A DNA stretch of 64,000 nt from Alphaproteobacteria bacterium (lineage in GTDB: Bacteria > Pseudomonadota > Alphaproteobacteria > SP197), in NCBI GenBank assembly GCA_965228895.1, contig OZ245842.1, positions 1,888,001 through 1,952,000 on the forward strand. Direction: 5' to 3'. Below the pieces are notes generated by a model, which had not been told where the DNA came from, ran no database searches, and saw nothing but the letters and a program-made list of their open reading frames with translations. The position numbers and the translations under genes were made by a program. Below are positions 19,598 to 27,796 of this stretch, in pieces (positions within the stretch are counted from its first letter, which is position 1; each line of letters begins with the position of its first letter).

Positions 19598-21703
19598 ATG
19601 TCGACCATAAATGACGGCAAGTCCCGGCTTGACGATCACTGGATGGCGCCGTTGCTGGCGCCCAGAACAATCGCCATTGTCGGCGCATCGAACCGCAAGG
19701 GCAGCGTCGGCGCCAACGTGATGGCCGCGCTGCAATCCGGCCGCTATGAGGGCCAGCTTTGGCCGGTCAACCCGCGCTACGAGAAAGTCGCTGACCTCGA
19801 CTGCGTGGGATCGATGGCGGAACTGCTGTCGCCGCCCGACCTCGCTATCCTTTCGGTCGCTTCCGAGCGTATGGAGGGCGTGTTCGCCGACGCGATCGAC
19901 CAAGGAGCGCGGTCGATCGTCATCTTCGATCCCTGTATGATCGAGGGCGATAGCAATCCCAAACTGCTCGACCGCTTGAAGGCGCGCGCGAAGGAGGCGG
20001 ACATTCCCGTCTGTGGCGGCAACGGCGTCGGTTTCTATAACCTGGAATCGCAGACCTTCGCCTGTTTCTCGCGGCCACTGGTGAACGAGGTCGGCCATAT
20101 CGCCGCCTTCTGCCACTCCGGCTCCGCGTTCGGCATGATCGGCAAGTTCGATCCCAGATTTCGCTTCAATCTGTTGACCTCTCAGGGCCAGGAGATCAAC
20201 GGGTCGGTGGCAGACTACATGGACTATGCGCTGGAACTCGACTCGACGCGGGTGCTGGCGCTGTTCCTGGAATCGGTCCGCGATCCCGAACGTTTCCTGG
20301 CCGTTCTCGAAAGGGCGCGGGCCAAGGACGTCCCCGTGGTCACGACCAAGGTCGGGCGCACCGCGCGCAGCGCATTCCTGGCGACCACCCATTCCGGCGC
20401 CGTGGCCGGCAGCGACAGCGCCTTCGACGCCGTCTGCGACAAGTTCGGCGTGTTGCGGACCGACGACCTGGACGGTCTGATGGCCACCGCGCAGATACTC
20501 GCCATGCCGCATCGTGCCGGGCCGGGCGAATTGGCCGCGGTGCTCGATTCAGGCGGTCTGCGCGAGCAATTGATCGACATGGCTGCCGACATGGGTGTGC
20601 CGCTCGCCGATCTGACGCCCGACACGACCAAAAAACTGCGCGCCCGGCTGCCTCATATGCTGGAGGCCGTGAACCCACTTGATGCTGCCGGACCGCTGCG
20701 CGACGACTATGAAGACATCATCATCGACAGCGTCGGCTACGTCGCCGGCGATCCCAATGCCGCGATCACGGCGCACGAGATCTACATGACCGATACGATC
20801 GCCGATGATTCGCCGCAGGCCGAGGCAGCGCTCACCATGGCCGAGCGATTCGGCAAACCGTTCATCGTCATCAACAGTTTCGGCACGACGTCGAACGCCC
20901 AGGTGGCCCGGCGCCTGATGGATGGTGGCGTACCGTTGATCAACGGTCTGCGCCCCGCACTGACCGCCATCCGCAACGCGTTTGCCTACCGCGATCGCCG
21001 GGATGTCACGGATACGCCACCGCAAGAGGCTGATGCCGGTGTCGTCGCGCCATGGCGCGATAAGTTGGGCGGCGGCGGCGCGGTGGACGAAACCATGGCG
21101 CTTGCCATGTTGAGCGACTTCGGCGTGCCGGTCGCACGCTCGACAACGTGTATGACTCTGGAAGAGGCCACGGCCGCGGCCGCGACGACGGGCTATCCGG
21201 TTGTGATGAAGACCGCGGAACCGGGGATCGCGCACAAGTCCGATGTCGGCGGCGTGCGTTTGGGCTTGAGCGATGACGATGAACTGGCCCAAGCCTATCG
21301 CGATATCGCCGGCCGCCTGGGTCCGCGCGTCACCGTTGCGGCCATGGTTCCACGCGGTGTCGAGCTTGCGTTCGGCATGGTGCGCGATGCCCAGTTCGGT
21401 CCGATTGTCATGGTCGGCGCCGGCGGCACCTTGATCGAAAGTCTCGACGATCGTTGTTTCGGCTTGCCGCCATTCGGTGAGGCGACGGCGCACCGTCTGC
21501 TCGGTCGCCTAAAGCTCGCGCCGTTGCTTGAGGGTGCGCGCGGCGCGGCGCCTGCGGACAAGGATGCCCTGGCTTCCGCTTTGTCGCGGTTTTCCGTGCT
21601 TGCCGCGGCGCTCGGCGATGTTGTCGCTGAAATCGACGTCAATCCGGTGATCGCCGGCCCTGATGGCGCGATTGCCGTCGATGCCCTGGTCGAAGTGGGC
21701 TGA
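19598..21703 (+). CDS. Acetate/acyl-CoA ligase (ADP-forming), CoA-binding + ATP-grasp
   Basis: IAIVGAS, PVNP, THSG (phospho-His), GYPVVMK, HKSDVGGV and EIDVNP motifs. Confidence 0.9.
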   Translation: MSTINDGKSRLDDHWMAPLLAPRTIAIVGASNRKGSVGANVMAALQSGRYEGQLWPVNPRYEKVADLDCVGSMAELLSPPDLAILSVASERMEGVFADAIDQGARSIVIFDPCMIEGDSNPKLLDRLKARAKEADIPVCGGNGVGFYNLESQTFACFSRPLVNEVGHIAAFCHSGSAFGMIGKFDPRFRFNLLTSQGQEINGSVADYMDYALELDSTRVLALFLESVRDPERFLAVLERARAKDVPVVTTKVGRTARSAFLATTHSGAVAGSDSAFDAVCDKFGVLRTDDLDGLMATAQILAMPHRAGPGELAAVLDSGGLREQLIDMAADMGVPLADLTPDTTKKLRARLPHMLEAVNPLDAAGPLRDDYEDIIIDSVGYVAGDPNAAITAHEIYMTDTIADDSPQAEAALTMAERFGKPFIVINSFGTTSNAQVARRLMDGGVPLINGLRPALTAIRNAFAYRDRRDVTDTPPQEADAGVVAPWRDKLGGGGAVDETMALAMLSDFGVPVARSTTCMTLEEATAAAATTGYPVVMKTAEPGIAHKSDVGGVRLGLSDDDELAQAYRDIAGRLGPRVTVAAMVPRGVELAFGMVRDAQFGPIVMVGAGGTLIESLDDRCFGLPPFGEATAHRLLGRLKLAPLLEGARGAAPADKDALASALSRFSVLAAALGDVVAEIDVNPVIAGPDGAIAVDALVEVG

Positions 21704-21741
21704 GACTTGGCGTTGGCGCGACGGGTTCCCATACTCTTACG

Positions 21742-22617
21742 ATGACCGATTACATGGTGCGCCCCGACCCCGCCGACCCACGCCTGACACGGCGTGTCAG
21801 CGGCCGCGACCACGAGGGCAACAACGTCGAGACGTCCGTCACGATGGAACGGCCGCTGACGCTGTTCCTGAACGGCCAAGAGATCGTCACCATGATGACG
21901 ATCGGCGACTACCCGGAATACCTGGCGGTCGGTTATCTGCTGAACCAGAACATGCTGCGGCCCGACGATAAGATCACGGCCATCGACTATGACGATGATA
22001 TCGAGACCGTCGTCGTCAGGACAGCGCGCAAGACCGATTTCGAGGACAAGCTGAAGCACAAGACGCTGACCTCCGGCTGCGCCCAGGGAACCGTGTTCGG
22101 CGACCTCATGGAAGAGTTCGAGGATGTGAAACTGGATGCCGGCGCGCGGGTCCGGACGTCGTGGCTCTATGCGCTCTCGAAGGCGATCAACACGACGCCG
22201 AGCCTTTACCTGGAAGCCGGCGCGATCCACGGCTGCGTGCTCGCACACCAGGACCGCCCGCTGGTCTACATGGAAGATGTCGGACGCCATAACGCGGTCG
22301 ACAAGATCGCCGGTTATATGATGACCGAGCGTATCGCGCCGGACGACAAGATCTTCTATACGACCGGACGCCTGACCAGCGAGATGGTGATCAAGACCGT
22401 CAAGATGCGCATTCCCATTCTGGTCTCGCGCTCCGGCTTCACGGCCTGGGGTGTCGATCTGGCCCGCCAGGCCGGGTTGACCCTGATCGGACGCATGAAG
22501 GGCAAGCGGTTCCTGGTGCTGGCCGGCGAGGAGAGGCTGGTCTATGACGCCGATCTCGCTAGTCTAGGCGAGGAACCATCACGTCATCGTCGCAAGGGGG
22601 CCGAAGATGACAACTGA
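21742..22617 (+). CDS. fdhD: Formate dehydrogenase accessory sulfurtransferase FdhD
   Basis: E.PL, TSGC, GAIHG, EDVGRHNAVDK and TGRLTSEMV motifs. Confidence 0.95.
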   Translation: MTDYMVRPDPADPRLTRRVSGRDHEGNNVETSVTMERPLTLFLNGQEIVTMMTIGDYPEYLAVGYLLNQNMLRPDDKITAIDYDDDIETVVVRTARKTDFEDKLKHKTLTSGCAQGTVFGDLMEEFEDVKLDAGARVRTSWLYALSKAINTTPSLYLEAGAIHGCVLAHQDRPLVYMEDVGRHNAVDKIAGYMMTERIAPDDKIFYTTGRLTSEMVIKTVKMRIPILVSRSGFTAWGVDLARQAGLTLIGRMKGKRFLVLAGEERLVYDADLASLGEEPSRHRRKGAEDDN

Positions 22618-23248
22618 CGACGTGGCGCACGACGCACCCGAAGTGGTTGGGGTCGTGCTGGCCGGCGGTTTGGCGCGGCGCATGGGCGGCGGCGACAAGG
22701 GTCTGTTGGAGCTCGATGGCCGGCCGATCCTGGATCATGTCATCGATCGGTTGGCCGGACAGTCGCGCATGGTCGTGGTGAACGCCAACGGTGATCCCGC
22801 ACGGTTCGCGCGCTGGAACCGCCCGGTCGCCGCCGACGTCCTGCCCGACAACCCCGGCCCTTTGGTCGGCGTCTTGACCGGTATGGATTGGACCGTCGCA
22901 AACCTGCCGGGTGTCGAGTGGATCGTGACGGTGCCGACCGATGCGCCCTTCCTGCCTCTCGATCTCGTTGAGGCGTTCTTGTCTGCCGTCGATCACCAGG
23001 GCGCCGATATGGCGTGTGCGGTGTCAGACGGTCAACGCCATCCGGTCTGTGGTTTGTGGCCCGTCAGCCTGCGCATGGACCTTCGCTCCGCGTTGGTCGA
23101 ACAGGGCGTGCGCAAGGTCGACAAGTGGACCGGTGGCTTCAAGGTCGCCGATGTCGACTTCTCGACCACACCAATCGATCCCTTTTTCAACGCCAACGAG
23201 CCGGCGGACCTCGATGAAGCCCATCGTCTCCTTGCCGCCAAAGCCTGA
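22607..23248 (+). CDS. mobA: Molybdenum cofactor guanylyltransferase
   Basis: LAGGLARRMGGGDKGL, GPL.G, P.DAPF and FFNAN motifs. Confidence 0.95.
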   Translation: MTTDDVAHDAPEVVGVVLAGGLARRMGGGDKGLLELDGRPILDHVIDRLAGQSRMVVVNANGDPARFARWNRPVAADVLPDNPGPLVGVLTGMDWTVANLPGVEWIVTVPTDAPFLPLDLVEAFLSAVDHQGADMACAVSDGQRHPVCGLWPVSLRMDLRSALVEQGVRKVDKWTGGFKVADVDFSTTPIDPFFNANEPADLDEAHRLLAAKA

Positions 23249-23260
23249 CCCGCAAGCACC

Positions 23261-23998
23261 ATGGCCGAGACGGCCGTCATCCTGTTTTTTACTTTCCTCC
23301 TTGCCGGTACCGTCAAGGGTGTCGTCGGATTGGGGTTCCCGACGGTTTCGTTAGCGCTCCTGACGCTCGCCTTCGGCCTCAAGGACGCGATGGCCCTGCT
23401 GATCGTGCCGTCGCTTCTGACCAACATCTGGCAGGCCGTTGTCGGTGGCGAACTGGGTGCGATCCTCAAACGGTTTTGGCCGCTTCTGGTGACGACCTGC
23501 ATCGGTGTCTTGGGCGGCGCCTGGATTCTCGCCGGTTCCGACGCTCTGGGACTGACCGTGCTGTTGGGCGTGCTTCTCATCGGTTATGCCGTCTACGGCC
23601 TCGCGACACCGGCCTTTCCGTCGCCCGGTCGACACGAGACGTGGCTCTCGCCGGTTGTCGGGCTGCTGAGCGGCATCGTGACCGGCCTTGTCGGAATCTT
23701 TCTTATGCCGAGTGTGCCCTATCTTCAGGCCCTCGGCCTCAAGCGCGATCACCTCGTGCAGGCGATGGGCGTCTTCTTTACCGTCTCGACGGCAGCACTC
23801 GGTATCGCCCTTGGCGGCTTCGGCCTGATGACCGGCGATCTCGCCGCATGGTCTGTCGCCGGCATCCTGCCCGGTATCCTCGGCATGGTCATCGGCCAGC
23901 GCATCCGCCAACGCCTCGACGAAAACCGCTTTCGCCAAGCCCTGCTCGGCGCGATCCTGGTGATGGGCCTCGTTGTCGCGGGCAACGCGTTATCGTAG
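23261..23998 (+). CDS. Sulfite exporter TauE/SafE family membrane protein
   Basis: AGTVKGVVGLG motif; about 8 TM segments with two-fold internal repeat. Confidence 0.85.
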   Translation: MAETAVILFFTFLLAGTVKGVVGLGFPTVSLALLTLAFGLKDAMALLIVPSLLTNIWQAVVGGELGAILKRFWPLLVTTCIGVLGGAWILAGSDALGLTVLLGVLLIGYAVYGLATPAFPSPGRHETWLSPVVGLLSGIVTGLVGIFLMPSVPYLQALGLKRDHLVQAMGVFFTVSTAALGIALGGFGLMTGDLAAWSVAGILPGILGMVIGQRIRQRLDENRFRQALLGAILVMGLVVAGNALS

Positions 23999-24002
23999 GT
24001 CG

Positions 24003-24932
24003 TCACCGCCAGCGTGCGTCGTCGGGACAGTCATCGGCAGGTGGCGTTGATTCAAGCCCGTTGAGTGGCGCCACGATATCCCAGAAGTCGGCGCGTTGAA
24101 GCTGACAGAAGAACTCGTAGCGAAACGCGTCACGGCCTTCGAGCTCGGCAGGCCAGGTCATCGCGAGCAGCTCGTTCGCCACCTCAAGATTGCCGCTGTA
24201 CGTGAGATCGAGCAGGACGCCGAGAAATGCGGTCGGAACGGGAATCCGGTCATCCGTCCACTTCTTTTGCCACTGCTCATGGTTTCGGAATCTTTCGGCA
24301 ATCCTCCTCAGATAGTTCTGGTCAGGCGTCCCTTGACGCATCAGGTCGGGGGCGGGGACGTAGTCACCGTCGTGCCAGCGAAAGTACACTTGCGGCACGG
24401 GCGCGAAAGTGAAACCGACGTACCAATAGGCGAACGCATTCTCGAACTGGATCATCTCCATCCCCGGCTTGCCATCGAGCTGACGAAACCGCACGGGATA
24501 GTCACCGCCGCCGAAGGTGTCGATCAATCTGAGCTGCGACCCTGCTTCGAACAGCCAGAGTGCGAAACAGCAATGGGCGCCGCCGGTGTAGGACTCAAGG
24601 ATCAGGTTAGGTACACCGTCTCCGGTTATGTCGTCGCCCAACGCGATGTGGTCGTTAAACTCGGGATGGACCGACCAGTAAAAGTCCTTGCCGGCGAACA
24701 ACACATTGTCGGAGGCGGTGATAGAGATCGTGCTCTCGCCAACGTCCCGGAATCGTGTGATCTCGATGCGGTATTGGTTGACGCTCCATTCACGAGTCTC
24801 CCGGTGCGATCCATCGCGATATTCATCGCCACCCGCGATCGCGAGCGGTGCGGTCACCACCAAAACCATCATAACGACGGCATGCTCTATCGTTTTGCGA
24901 ATGCCGAGAGCAATCATCCGAAGGCACATCAT
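24003..24932 (-). CDS. Hypothetical exported protein with YTGGAHCC motif
   Basis: Signal-like N-terminus, DITGDG and LDGKPG Ca-loop-like motifs; fills the gap between recognised genes. Start uncertain. Confidence 0.7.
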   Translation of the reverse strand: MMCLRMIALGIRKTIEHAVVMMVLVVTAPLAIAGGDEYRDGSHRETREWSVNQYRIEITRFRDVGESTISITASDNVLFAGKDFYWSVHPEFNDHIALGDDITGDGVPNLILESYTGGAHCCFALWLFEAGSQLRLIDTFGGGDYPVRFRQLDGKPGMEMIQFENAFAYWYVGFTFAPVPQVYFRWHDGDYVPAPDLMRQGTPDQNYLRRIAERFRNHEQWQKKWTDDRIPVPTAFLGVLLDLTYSGNLEVANELLAMTWPAELEGRDAFRYEFFCQLQRADFWDIVAPLNGLESTPPADDCPDDARWR

Positions 24933-25034
24933 GACAGGCCAACCCCACGCTCAAGCTGTCGATAACGCCTCAGCGTGACAGTCCAATTTGGCGAAAAATT
25001 GTCCACCATATCAATCAATGCGTGCGGTCGCGTG

Positions 25035-25838
25035 TCAGCCGAACCGCGCCAGCGTGATGATTGTCTGATAGTCGACGTGAAGGTGGCCGTCATCGGCGGC
25101 TTGAGGTTGAAGTGTTTCCTTCAGGTGCGTCATGACGTCGGCTTCGCTGCGTTCGCGCATGGCGACCTTGAAGTGGGATGTCGAGCGGACGTAGCCGATG
25201 AAGTCGTCAACCGTTCGCCGCCAGGTCCACGTTTCGATCAGCCGTCGGACGTCGCGGGTCGCGGGGTGGCCTACCAGTTCGCCTTCGCAGTCGAAGTCGC
25301 GATAGCCACGGTGATAACCCGGCGCCAAATGCTTCAAGGCGATTTCCAAAGCCCGGGCGACCGGGCGATCCAGGACCCGGTTGTTGTAGAGGACCGCCAG
25401 CGCGCCGCCGGGGTGCAGCACACGCGCGCATTCGTCATAGAAGGCTGGGCGATCGAACCAGTGGGCGGCCTGCCCGACAGTGATGAGATCGAGGGACCCA
25501 TCGGTAACGGGCAGGCTTTCGGCATGGGACGCGAACCAGGAGAGGTCAAACCCGGCGGGCGTGATGCCGGCGGCCGTGCGCAGCATGTCCGCGCCCGGTT
25601 CGGCGCCGATGAGGACAGCGCCTGGAAACAGCGGGCGCAGTGCACGGGTTAAGATGCCGGTGCCGCTGCCAAGATCGAGCACGTACCGCGCATCGCCGGC
25701 ATAGTTGGCCAAGTCTTGCAGGGCCTCTTCGCTGTAGTGCGGACGGAAACGGTCGTAATCGTCGGTCAGGCCGTCGAAGATTTTTCCAGGATCGGTCCAG
25801 TGTTGCGACCACACGTGTTTTCCATGGCGGCTGGTCAT
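25035..25838 (-). CDS. Class I SAM-dependent methyltransferase (Methyltransf_11-like)
   Basis: Y..FRP.Y, VLDLGSGTG, QAAHWFD and RVL.PGG motifs. Start uncertain. Confidence 0.88.
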   Translation of the reverse strand: MTSRHGKHVWSQHWTDPGKIFDGLTDDYDRFRPHYSEEALQDLANYAGDARYVLDLGSGTGILTRALRPLFPGAVLIGAEPGADMLRTAAGITPAGFDLSWFASHAESLPVTDGSLDLITVGQAAHWFDRPAFYDECARVLHPGGALAVLYNNRVLDRPVARALEIALKHLAPGYHRGYRDFDCEGELVGHPATRDVRRLIETWTWRRTVDDFIGYVRSTSHFKVAMRERSEADVMTHLKETLQPQAADDGHLHVDYQTIITLARFG

Positions 25839-26117
25839 GGCGTGTGAACCGCTAGGACCATAGGCCCGGATCGTCATGGCTGACGATCTGGCACACCGTC
25901 GGCGCCTCGACGACGGTGTTTTTGTTGACGCTTTGCGCCGCATCCTGATTGCGACAACTTGGGCTTATGATTGCAGTCTCTTCACGAAAGGTTACCGCCG
26001 ATCACCGCCCTAGCCGGGCCGGCGACCGAACGTTAGCATGAGCCGGGCTGACGTTGGAGGGGCAATGACGTCAACGGAGCGCGTGATGCAGGTCCATGAA
26101 GCCGATCGGCCGTGCAC

Positions 26118-27506
26118 ATGAGTGTGTCGGGCGCGTGGCCTATCAGCGACGATAACCGCAGATGGTGGGTCCTCGCAGCGATGAGCGGCGTCTTGAGCCT
26201 GGTCGTGCTCGACGAGACCGTGGTCGGTGTGGCGCTGGCCACGATCCGGCCCGAGCTCAACATGTCGGCGGTCGGCTCCCATTGGGTGGTCAACGCCTAC
26301 TTCCTGACCTTCACCTGTTTCGTCGCGGTCGGTGGACGACTGGGTGACAGTTTCGGCCTTAAAGGGCTTTTCATCGCGGGCGCGGCGATCTTCGGATTGG
26401 CGTCCCTGGTCGCGGGGTTCGCCCCGGATGGTGCGTCACTGATCGCGGCGCGTGCGGTGCAAGGTGTCGGTGCGGCCATCATACTTCCCGCTTCGCTGGC
26501 GATGATGACCAACAGCTTCGCCCTGGAGGAACGCGGCCTGGCGTTCGGCCTCCAGGCAACGATCGGCGGCACGTTCGCGGCGCTGGGCCCGCTGATCGGC
26601 GGGTACTTTTCCGAGTTCATTTCCTGGCGCTGGATCTTCTGGATCAACCTGCCGGTCGTCGCCGGGGTCATCGTGGTCGTGCTTGCGGCATGGAAACCGT
26701 CGCTTCAAGCCAAACACGAAGCGGCAGGTGGCGGCGGAAGCGCCATCGACTACCGCGGTCTGATAACGTTGCTCGTCGGCCTGTCGGCCCTGGTCATCGC
26801 GTTGATGCAGGCGACCGTATGGGGTTGGGACGCGCTGGCCACGATCATTCTGTTCTGTGGTGGCATTGCTCTGCTGATTGTCTTTACGTTCGTGGAAAAA
26901 AAGACGCCCGATCCCTTGATCGAGATCGATCTGTTGCGTATCGCGACCTTCGCCGGCGGCAATTTCGTGCTCTTCATGTTTCAGTTCCAGAAGCTCGCCG
27001 TTTTCGTGTTCGTCGCGCTCTATCTCCAGAACGTGCGGGGCGATTCGGCGATCGATGCGGGCCTCATCCTGCTGATTGCGGCGGTGCCGATACCGATCAT
27101 GTCGCGGTTCGCCGGCAAGGCAGCCGACCGGTTTGGCTCACGTTGGCCCCTGATGATTGCCCTGTTGCTGCAGGGTCTGGCGTTGATCGTCGTCGGCGTC
27201 GCCATGCATTCCGGCAACTTTTTCTGGCTCATCGTGCCGCTGATTGTCTGGGGCGCCGGTTTGCCGTTTACCGCGGTTGCAGCCCGGCGTGCGCTGATGA
27301 GCGCGGTGCCGGAGACGCAACGGGGCGAGGCGGGAGGAGTCATTCTGACGTCCCAAATGCTGGGTGGTACGGTCGGCGTGTTGTGCGGGACCGTGTTACT
27401 GGCGGCCGGCGATTTCGGCGATTACTTCCTGCTGACCGGCGCGCTGCTGCTTCTCGTTCTCGCCATCACCTACTTTTCAGTCGAGCGTGAAGGCCGATCA
27501 AGCTGA
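26118..27506 (+). CDS. MFS transporter, DHA2-like
   Basis: LD.TVV.VAL, WVVNAY, GGRLGD.FG, ARAVQGVG and WRWIFWINLP motifs. Confidence 0.92.
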   Translation: MSVSGAWPISDDNRRWWVLAAMSGVLSLVVLDETVVGVALATIRPELNMSAVGSHWVVNAYFLTFTCFVAVGGRLGDSFGLKGLFIAGAAIFGLASLVAGFAPDGASLIAARAVQGVGAAIILPASLAMMTNSFALEERGLAFGLQATIGGTFAALGPLIGGYFSEFISWRWIFWINLPVVAGVIVVVLAAWKPSLQAKHEAAGGGGSAIDYRGLITLLVGLSALVIALMQATVWGWDALATIILFCGGIALLIVFTFVEKKTPDPLIEIDLLRIATFAGGNFVLFMFQFQKLAVFVFVALYLQNVRGDSAIDAGLILLIAAVPIPIMSRFAGKAADRFGSRWPLMIALLLQGLALIVVGVAMHSGNFFWLIVPLIVWGAGLPFTAVAARRALMSAVPETQRGEAGGVILTSQMLGGTVGVLCGTVLLAAGDFGDYFLLTGALLLLVLAITYFSVEREGRSS

Positions 27507-27654
27507 GACGCGGAGAGCAAGGTCATTCAATCGGGCACCGCCGGGGCTGTCTGGATGACGTGCGCGCGACATGTTTATGATCGACCACGAGCACCGTGCG
27601 TGTTGAACTCAACTGCGATGGACGGGTTCGCGTCCTCGGCGTCCATTTGATTGC

Positions 27655-27790
27655 TCAGTCGTTGCGGTAGGCCGTGCCCATTAGCCACGTCGTCGGCGCG
27701 CCATCGGCACCGTGGCTTGCCGCCTGATCGATCGACTCAACTGTCAGCCCGGCCTTTTCGAGATATATGTGCAGGTCGGTTGCGATTGAT
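27655..27790 (-). pseudogene. Possible C-terminal remnant of a SAM methyltransferase
   Basis: Start-less frame DLHIYLEKAGLTVESIDQAASHGADGAPTTWLMGTAYRND* resembles a class I methyltransferase C-terminus. Confidence 0.4.
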
Positions 27791-27796
27791 GAACGA

